Of a DNA stretch of 57,312 nucleotides, positions 48,785 to 57,312 are shown piece after piece (positions within the stretch are counted from its first letter, which is position 1; the number at the start of each line of letters is the position of its first letter). Source of the DNA: Ministeria vibrans ATCC 50519. Lineage: Eukaryota > Protista > Filasterea. The notes beneath the pieces are model-generated. The model was not told the origin of the DNA, made no database searches, and saw nothing but the letters and a program-made list of their open reading frames with translations. The stretch lies in assembly GCA_943704425.1 (NCBI GenBank), contig CALSCP010000642.1, forward strand, positions 48,238 to 105,549, read 5' to 3'. A program made the position numbers and the translations under genes.

Positions 48785-51700
48785 ATGACGGCGGCGCAAA
48801 GGTACTGCTGAACTTCAATTGAACTTTTCCCTTTTATGTCTCTGTCCCTGTCCCTCTCGCCGTCTCACTCTGGCGTTCACATGTGCACTGACCTGTCTGT
48901 GTGCCCCCCTCCAGCCTGCTTCCGACCAACTTTCGAGTGTATGGCGGTCGACTTTTCTTTCTCGGTGTTCCGTCCGATGCTCGCGAATACTCGCTCCTCT
49001 ACATCCCCTTTGGCCTTGCAAACACACTCAGTTCCTCAGGTAAGCGCTCATCTAACTACTTTTTTTTACCGTCAAGATATTTATTAGATGGTTAAAAAAA
49101 AAAAAAGAAAAGAAAAAAAAAGAAAAGAAAACAATCATACGTCTCATGTTGACACATCTTAGAGCGGATTCCCTTTGATGACTGTCACTGGCGCGTCTTG
49201 TTGGCGGCACCACCGGGTGGCGGTGGCGCAGGGAGTGCAGCGGCGTCCACGGCGGCTGTGGCGAGTGCGGCCGCAGCAACGCCCTCAGCGCCTGCGTCGG
49301 CTGCCAGTGCGTCCGCCGAAATGAGCCGTGAAGAGCAGCTGCTGCGCGAACGCAAACGCGTCTCGGCACTCGGCATTACCTCCTTTGAGATGATGGGCTC
49401 GTCGATTCTCTTCTCCTGTGCCGGTGCGCTCTATGTTGTCGACTGTAGCCTTCTCGTACGCGACTCGACACACACACCAAACCTCCACTTTTTCCTCTGA
49501 TTTTTTATTTGTTCTTGTTTTTGTTGTGCAGGACACCGCCAACGAAGCGGAAGCAGTGGAGATTCACACCACGGTGCCGGGAAGTCGAATGGATTACAAA
49601 TTTTCGCCCACTTCCTCTGATCTGGTCACCTTTGTCAGGTAGACAGACTGTCAGACAGACTTTCTTCATCACACTATCACACACTCCTTTACGACACATT
49701 TTTGAATTTTTTTTACCCATGTATAGAAATGGAGACTTGTGGGTTGCAAGTGTCTCGCGACAAAGGGAGATTCAATTGACTCACACACGAGAGGGTACAC
49801 ACACCCATGATAGTTTTTTTTGTTTACTTTTCTTTTTCATAAAAATAATAATTATTATTATTATTATTATTATTATTAATTTAATTTTTGTTTGTTTTTG
49901 TGAGTTTAGAACGACCCGATGGAACGCTGACGGCAGGTGTTGCGGAGTTTGTCATGCAAGAAGAGTTTGGACGGTTCACGGGGTATTGGTGGGCGCCGGG
50001 GGCGACGGAGGCCGGGACGCTGAGTGTGCTGTACCTGGAGGTGGACGAATCGTGTGTGGAGGTGACAAGCATTGCGAATCCGACACGCTATGGCGATGTG
50101 GACACATACCGGTATCCACGGGCGGGCACGCGCAATGCTGACTCGGTGGTCAAGATTGTTACGTTTGATTCGACGCTACGTGATCGTCCTTGTGTGTACG
50201 TGCTGGAGCGACACGTGCGCGATCTGTACCCTTGGTGTGAGTATGTGGTGCGTGCGGGCTGGACACTCGCGGGCGACAGTGTGTGGTTGCAGCTGTTGGA
50301 CCGCGTGCAGGAGCGTCTGGTGCTCGTTGAAATTCACTTGTCGTGTTTCCTATGTGTGAACACGGGTCAACCTCTGCGCGACCCTGTCCTTGCGCCCCTG
50401 CCCTGTGTCTCCTCGAGTGTCCGGCCCGGCGTTCAGCTCCCGCGCGGCGTGCTTGAGCTTGTCTATGAGGAGTCGCGCATCTGGGTGAACATGAGCGACA
50501 CACTCACCTTTTTGGATATGCCTCACGGTGGTGGCAGCGATAACAACAACCACAATAGCAGCAGTAGCAGCAACAGCAACAGCGCCGATGGTGGGAATAA
50601 TGGTGACACCGCGGCACCGTGGGCGACGCGCTTGCGTACCTTTTTGTGGACGACAGAGCGCACGGGATTTCGCCATTTGGAGTTGCACACAGTACGACCG
50701 GCACTCTCGCACACAGAAGGTTGCTCGCAAATCACGGCACTTACATCGGGCGACTGGCTTGTGGACGCGTCTGACTTGTGGACCGACCCACATCGCCACG
50801 TTGCCTACTTTACCGCCTCCTACGACTCCCCTTTACAGAAACACCTCTACGCCGTCTCGTACAAGACGGCCCTCCAACACCACCTCAGCGCCGCTTCCGC
50901 CTCCGCCTCTTCCACTGAAGTGCCACTAACACCGACACGCATCACCGAAGCGGGCTTCTCTCACACAGTGTCAATGAGTCCCACTGCGCGTTGCTTTGTT
51001 GCCTCCTCCTCCAATGCACGCCAAGCGGCCCGCGTCTCCGTTTTTTCCCTTGTACCCGCAACAAAGCAAAAAAAGAAGAAGAAGAGAGAGAGACCCAAAA
51101 TTTTAAAACAAAACCATATTTGTCACGTAGTCTGAGGACGCGGTGCGGCCTACAACGGTGGCCCATGTACAGCAGTACAAGCTACCCGATGGCTACATTG
51201 CCCCCGAACTGTTCTCGTTTCGCTCCGACGACGGGCTGCTTTTGTACGGCTGTGCCGTTGCTCCCAGTGCGTCCGTCTTGGGTGGACCCGTAGACCTGTC
51301 CCAGCCACAGCCTACCATTTGTTATGTGTACGGTGGTCCTCAAGTCCAAGTAACGAAAAAAAAAGTAGACTCTTGAACGAAATTGACTTTTTGTATTTTT
51401 GTTTTGTTTTGTGTTTGCAGATGGTGACGGACGAAAGCAAATCGTTTATTCACTCGCGAATGAGTCTTTTGGCGGCAATGGGGTTCGCGGTGGTGTGTGT
51501 AGACGGGCGGGGCAGTGCGCGACGCGGACTGCATTTTGAAGGGTCCCTCAAACATCGTTTGGGTCAGGTTGAAATCGCAGATCAGGTGAGATTTTGTTTC
51601 AGTTTTTTTTTTCATTTTCATATTGGCTGAATTGATGAATAGGTTGCGGGAATTCGGTTTGCGGCTGAGCGGTTTCCGTGGGTAGACTCCACGCGTGTGG

Positions 51701-52710
51701 GAGTGTACGGATGGAGCTATGGGGGCTATTTGTCGCTGTTGGCGCTGGCACAGCGACCCGATGTATTCAAAGTAGGTTTTATCTCCCTCCTATACATTCG
51801 CTGTCAGTCTCTCTCTCTACCACTTTGTTTCTTTCTCCCTCCCTCCCTCTTCTCTCTCTCTTTATCACTTTGTTTCTTTCTCCCTCCCTCCTCTCTCTCT
51901 CTCTACCACTTTGTTTCTTTCTCCCTCCCTCCCTCCTCTCTCTCTCTTTATCACTTTGTTTCTTTCTCCCTCCCTCCTCTCTCTCTCTCTACCACTTTGT
52001 TTCTTTCTCCCTCCCTCCCTCCTCTCTCTCTATCACTTTGTTTCTTTCTCCCTCCCTCCTCTCTCTCTCTCTACCACTTTGTTTCTTTCTCCCTCCCTCC
52101 CTCCTCTCTCTCTCTTTATCACTTTGTTTCTTTCTCCCTCCCTCCTCTCTCTCTCTCTCTACCACTTTGTTTCTTTCTCCCTCCCTCCCTCCTCTCTCTN
52201 NNNNNNNNTCCCCCCCTTCCCTTGATCATGCAGAATGTTTTATTTACTCTTGTTGTTGTGTGGTGTATCTCAACAGGTGGCTGTGTCGGGTGCGCCTGTG
52301 ACGGACTGGCTCGCTTACGACACAGGTTACACAGAGCGCTTTCTGGGGATTCCCGCTGACAACGAAGTCGCGTACATGCAAGGCAGTGTCCTCACGGCCG
52401 CGCGCTCCTTTCCCGACAGGTTTGAATACACAAACGACCTAACGTCTCTTGAACTGACACTCTATCGTTGTCATACGATGCATTTAGTGAGGACCGACTG
52501 CTGATTGTGCACGGTCTCCAAGACGAAAACGTGCACTTTACGCACACTGCAGTGCTGATTGATGCGCTGGTGGGTGCCGGCAAGCCCTATGTGCTCAATG
52601 CGTACCCGTGCGAGCGCCATGGCATCCGCAGCATACGTGCCGCAGACCACCAGGAAACCCAGCTCGTCCGCTTCTTGTACCGTGCCCTTGCAGCTAATTC
52701 GCCATCTTAG
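48785..52710 (+). CDS. Dipeptidyl peptidase 8/9-like serine peptidase (S9B)
   Basis: Exons 48785-48801, 48915-49039, 49163-49455, 49532-49638, 49727-49794, 49910-51051, 51131-51349, 51421-51585, 51643-51771, 52277-52419, 52488-52710. Motifs [49 protein letters not shown] (Ser), [18 protein letters not shown] (Asp), ERHGIR (His). No signal peptide or TM. Confidence 0.93.
51808..52199. repeat. Intronic pyrimidine-rich minisatellite, unit ~CTCTCTA(C/T)CACTTTGTTTCTTTCTCCCTCCCTC
   Basis: About nine ~40-45-nt units in DPP intron 9, ending at an N gap. Confidence 0.92.
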
Positions 52711-52974
52711 AGAACGTTCTCTGAGAGTGCAATTTAATTGGAGGGAGAAGAGCGATTTTATATGCTAGATTGGAGGGGGGGGGAGAGCGATTTTAACGAG
52801 CTGCCGATATTACTTGTTGTAAAGGATTAATCATATATTTTTAATCATGAGGAAAAAAATAATGCTATTGGTCTCGGTGTCAGCTTCTTGTGAACTATAG
52901 ATACAAATCTCTCTATCACTTTGCTTCTCTCTCTCTCCTCCCTTCCTCCTCTCTCAAACACACGTCTCCCATAT

Positions 52975-54084
52975 TCACGTTTGCACTTGTTGGAGTTGCA
53001 AACTGAGCTGGTGCACTTGCTGTTGAAGCTGGGTTGTCAGTGAGCGCAGTTGGTCGTTTTCTTGAATCAACTGCCTTTGAATAGACTGCAATATTGAAAT
53101 GAGACAAAGAAATGGGTTATAATCCAAATATGTGTTGTGTGTGTGTGTACGAGAAGTTCGTCGTTGCGTCGCAGCAAATCATCCAGCTGGCCTTCCATTG
53201 CGCCTACCATCACCTTCTTCTTCTTTCGACACGCCTAAAGGCACACACAAGACGCCACGAAGACGAGAGAGAGCATGCGTGTCAGTCGAACAGTTTAATG
53301 TCGTACGTCTTTCTTTCGTACCTGAGCAGCTTCGCGGTTCTTGACGCGTCTTCGCTGCGACTTGAGTTCACCAAGCTCTTCAATGGTGAGGCCCTGATCA
53401 CTTGCGAGTGCATTGATTTCCTTTGTGGTCAGCTTCATAAGGTCATCTTCGCCGAGGCCAATCTTGGCCAGGGCTGCGGTGCGTCCGGCTGAAGAGCCAC
53501 CGTACTCGTCGTTGTCGTCGTCGTCGTGAGTGCTGCCCGACATACCGCCGCCGCCTCCTCCTCCTCCGCTTGTGACCTGGCCGTGATGGTCGTCATCGTC
53601 ACTGAGTAGGTCGTGTCGCGCTGAATATCGACGGCCCGTCATTGAGCTACGACGTGTGGTCGGTGGGAGTGAAAGCGAGGATGCGGACGACAAGGAGAGT
53701 GTCAGCGGCGGTGACGACAACGACAAGGGTGTGGATATGGAAGTTATCGAAGTTGTGGTAGGGGCAAGGGACGGGACAAGTGGCGGGGAACCGTTTGGCA
53801 AGCTGCCAGTCGACTTTTGTGACTTGAGACGGCGTTGTAAGCGACCGGCGGGCGAGGGCACTGTGGTGGAGATGCGTGTAGCGAGAGGTGAGTGCAGCAT
53901 CAACTCGGCGCTGCTTCGGTCAAGGGGAGGTGAGGAGGTGGTGGAGAAGGAGCTGGCGGAGCGAGCAGAAGGAGGCGGGGGCGACAGAGGGTATGTGTAG
54001 GACTGAAACGACGACGACGAAGTAGCCGACAGTTGCGGGGCGGCGCCCGGCGAACTCACTGGTGGCAGTGAAGAGAGGCTGGGG

Positions 54085-54119
<35 letters not shown>

Positions 54120-55154
54120 TTGCTGTTGTTGGTGGTGCGGATGGTGTTGGCCTGAAACCGCTGCTGCCGTGTGGTTTGCCTCGTACGGCACTTGTGCATC
54201 GTTTGCAAGTGGCATCGGCGCGTGCAGTGCGTCGGGCGTGGACGCTGCGCCGGCAGCCAGCGACAAAAGGACAAGCGCCGAATTGTTGCCGTCATCGGTC
54301 CCTATCAAAAACGGCTCAGAGAGACGCGCGCGTTGTCATGATCCCTCCAGCACGCGCTCACTCTCGTGTCATTTTGCCATGTTGCCATAAAAACGGTCAG
54401 ACAGATCCGCAGGGGTCGCCAAGTAGCGGTTCGCGCATGAAAATGTCTGACATATTTCGGAATAGAAAATTTCGACTTTGCTCTCTCTCTCACTCTCTCT
54501 CTCTCTCGCTCTCCTTTCCGCACGTCAACCACAGCAACGCCCGACCCACTGCGACAAAAATGCGATTCGAAAGGAATAGGACGGCTGCGCGCTCCGCCTC
54601 TGGCCCATCCGTACGCCACAGCCGAAAAAACGTTTGACTGGAACGCTGACGTCCCGTTTTTTTTTTTTCGTTTTCGCCAATTGAAAATCATAGACTATTT
54701 CTTTGCAAAGCGTACGGCTCTTGACATCAAGGATGGGTGTGGCTAGCCATTGGGGCAGGCGCGGTGCGACAGAAACAACAGGGGAATGGATTACTCAGTG
54801 GGTTGAACACGTCAGTCAAAAAAAAAAAAAAAAAAAAAAAGCGCGACCGAGTGACTTTTGGGGTTCATCGGAGGATAAGAGAGAGGGAGAGGGCGCTGTG
54901 ATGCAATGGAGAGCGAGACACACCCACCCACACACACATACACGAGAGGGAGGGAACGGGGAGGGCGTACCGTGGTGCAGGACGGGCATCGAGCCGCGGC
55001 GGGAGCTGCTGCTGCGGCTGCGGCTGCTGCTGCTGCTGTCAAAGGGAACACGAGCGTACTCGCCAACTTCCACAGACCGCCGCCGCTTTAAGCTTGGCCC
55101 CCTTAATCCGGGTGTTGTTGCTGCCGCTGCTGCTGCTGCTACAGCAGTGTCCAT
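52975..55154 (-). CDS. bZIP transcription factor with a Maf/CNC-type extended homology region
   Basis: Exons 55154-54971, 54301-53322, 53234-53151, 53085-52975 (phases 1,0,0). GLGEDDLMKLTTKEINAL...GLTIEELGELKSQRRRVKNREAAQ|ACRKKKK followed by a Leu/Gln zipper; poly-Q and Ser/Pro-rich N-terminus. Exon 1 is less certain. Confidence 0.85.
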
Positions 55155-55971
55155 CTCTAACGTCGGTGCCAGCCAGCGAAAGCGATAATTATTTTGATCA
55201 TTTTGGTGATTTGAAATATTCGAATCATCTCACTCAACAAAACAGGTGCGCCTCAAGAATGTTCAAGCAAGCAGCCATCATGACAACATTAAAGTACAAC
55301 ATCATTCGACAAATACTTAGGTGTGATACAGGAAAGGGGGTCGCTTCAGGTAAGACTGAATTTTTTTCCAAACTAACAAAAAGTAAATAATGAACACGAA
55401 TGTGAAATGTCCCTTGTAAAACACACGCTGAGTCCTCTCTGTGGTTCGCCTATGAGCTGTTACCGTCAGTAGTGACGCCACTGACGTGACAGTACAGTGC
55501 CTCTGCCAAGCACTAACCGACAATGTGGCTACGCTGGATCAACAGACGGCAAGTCGTTCGCTTACGTATTCACACAGTCATATTCGCTGCTTATTCATTC
55601 ACACGCAACTCCCTACGTCTACGTCGCACATATTGGCGAGTCAAATGATAAATCACTCAAATAAATCCTTAGCATGGCGTACGTTCTAGCCAGCGCCCAT
55701 CCCATTTCGTGGCGCGCGCCAGAACTCGCCGAGTTTTTTTTTTTCGAACTTTGCTTCCGAATATGATCTATGATCCTCGGCCAAGCAGCTTGTTTGAAAA
55801 CAAAAACATTATTTTCACTCTCACAAGCTACCCCTCTTCCCTCAACGGAGAATACGGTCCCACGTCCCACCTGTGCGTAGCGAACCGATCTCCCTTGACA
55901 AGACCGACCCAAATTCGCTTCTTTTTTCTTCTCCGACTTCTTCGTCGTCTCTCCGTAACCAAGGACACCCC

Positions 55972-57284
55972 ATGACCCATTATTTGGCCTGGCTTGCGCT
56001 GCTGCTGGCATGGGCGTGCGCTGTCCAGGGCGTCAGTAAGACCCTTCGTCACACATTGTCTTTCCGTCATCGCTTTCCATCTTTCTTCCAATCATCTCCT
56101 CGTGTCGTTTTACGCCTCTGAAACTTCTCAAGCCTTTTGGCCATTCATCATGTGGCATGTATCCCTTTTCCACCCACCCTTTCGCATCTACGGATCTCCT
56201 CGTTTTTTTTTTTTTTTTTTCCTTTTTTTCTTTTTCGCGGTTGTAAAGATTTCGGCAAATCAAACTCAGTTTACATATTCGTCACACGCACTCCATACCG
56301 ACCTCTTGCCGCGGCACATGATTCTCTATTGATCCTATGTGACGTGTGCGAGCCCGATTGGGCGCTCGCAGCCAATTAAGCGCTTCTGGCGAGCAAACGT
56401 GTTGTCGGTCCAAATGTGACGACGAGTCCGATGCGGTTAGCGATCTGGAGATCACGCTCGCGCACAAATTGCTGCATTGGCCGCGCCAATGCAACCACCA
56501 TTGCAGTCGCTCTACTTTCTCGCACTGCCGCCCTGGCACCTCTCCCGCCCCTTGCCACGATACGACTGATTTTCTCACGCGTTCCTAATATAGCCATCAC
56601 CAAAGTTTCTCCTTCTTCCGGCTCCATCAGCGGCGGCACTGAAATCACCATTTTCGGCACGGGGTTCTCGTCCGATCTCTACAATGGCTCTAACATTGTA
56701 ACTCTGGGAAGGTATTTTTTTTTTTTTTTTTTTTTTTGTTGGTTAATAATGATTACTTTGGCTCTATACTCTCTTTACTGTATACTCTCTTTGACTGCAG
56801 TGCTGCTCTTCCACCCCCGATCATCTTCTGCGACGTGATCTGGTTTCACACCACCGAGACGCAGGTCGTCTGTCGCGTGACTGCCCTTCCAGACTCAAAG
56901 AAGTTCCTCATTGGCGAAGCGTTGCCGGTCAACGTACTCGTCGACTCCACCATTCTGGCGACCGGATCGTCGAGCACCACGTTCACTTACACCTACGGCG
57001 CCACGCCCACCATCTACTGGGTGGGTCCGCCCGCTGCGCCTCCCTCCTCCAAGCTTACCATCTCGGGTCCACTCCTCCTCACCGATTACACCTCGGTGGA
57101 GCGTGTCTACGTCGGAAACGATCCCACCGCCACCTGCAATGTCAATGCCAAGGAACTGGGCATTGTCGTCGATGGCGAAGACACCACCATCGAGTGTACA
57201 ACCTCCGTCAACTCCGCCGGTCTCTACAACATCACCGTCGTCATTCCGTCACAGGGAAATTCCTCCAACGTTGGTCACGCACAG
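55972..57284 (+). CDS. Fibrocystin/PKHD1L1-like IPT/TIG repeat surface protein, 5' part; continues beyond the window
   Basis: Exons 55972-56035, 56594-56711, 56801-57284, then donor gtgaga. Signal peptide MTHYLAWLALLLAWACAVQG; ITKVSPSSGSISGGTEITIFGTGFS...CDVIWFHTTETQVVCR...FTYTYGATPTI. Confidence 0.75.
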
Positions 57285-57312
57285 GTGAGACACAAAAAAA
57301 AAAAAAAAAACA

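Noticed and set aside
51808-52199. Regularly spaced repeats resembling a CRISPR array
   Set aside because: Low-complexity tandem units without unique spacers, inside a spliceosomal intron, with no cas genes.

Overview
Gene-dense eukaryotic nuclear DNA with short GT-AG introns, AT-rich or microsatellite-filled introns and intergenic spacers, and the standard genetic code. It is probably from a unicellular eukaryote; a holozoan or near relative is an inference from gene content only. All gene models were spliced by hand with splice phases checked. Family calls rest on remembered motifs, not on database searches. In order: an AlkD-like DNA glycosylase (partial); a ~5,500-aa single-pass surface protein (poly-Arg, long Cys-repeat rod, polycystin-1-like REJ/GAIN/GPS, one TM); a stand-alone OvoA C-terminal-type methyltransferase; an RHL1-like Topo VI accessory protein; a 13-exon ~4,320-aa adhesion GPCR with seven propeller-like+EGF modules; ZNF598/Hel2; RAP1/TERF2IP; a secreted EGF-repeat protein; a DPP8/9-like peptidase; a Maf/CNC-like bZIP; and the start of a fibrocystin-like IPT/TIG protein. 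The most striking structure is that RAP1 is split inside its BRCT domain by a ~6-kb block bounded by an 18-bp direct repeat. The block carries one complete gene and three orphan gene fragments (a signal-peptide exon, an O-fucosyltransferase 5' half, ADA2 middle exons), and every junction falls in the same (GA)n-associated motif. It is either repeat-mediated gene scrambling/interleaving or a repeat-induced misassembly; the sequence alone cannot decide.
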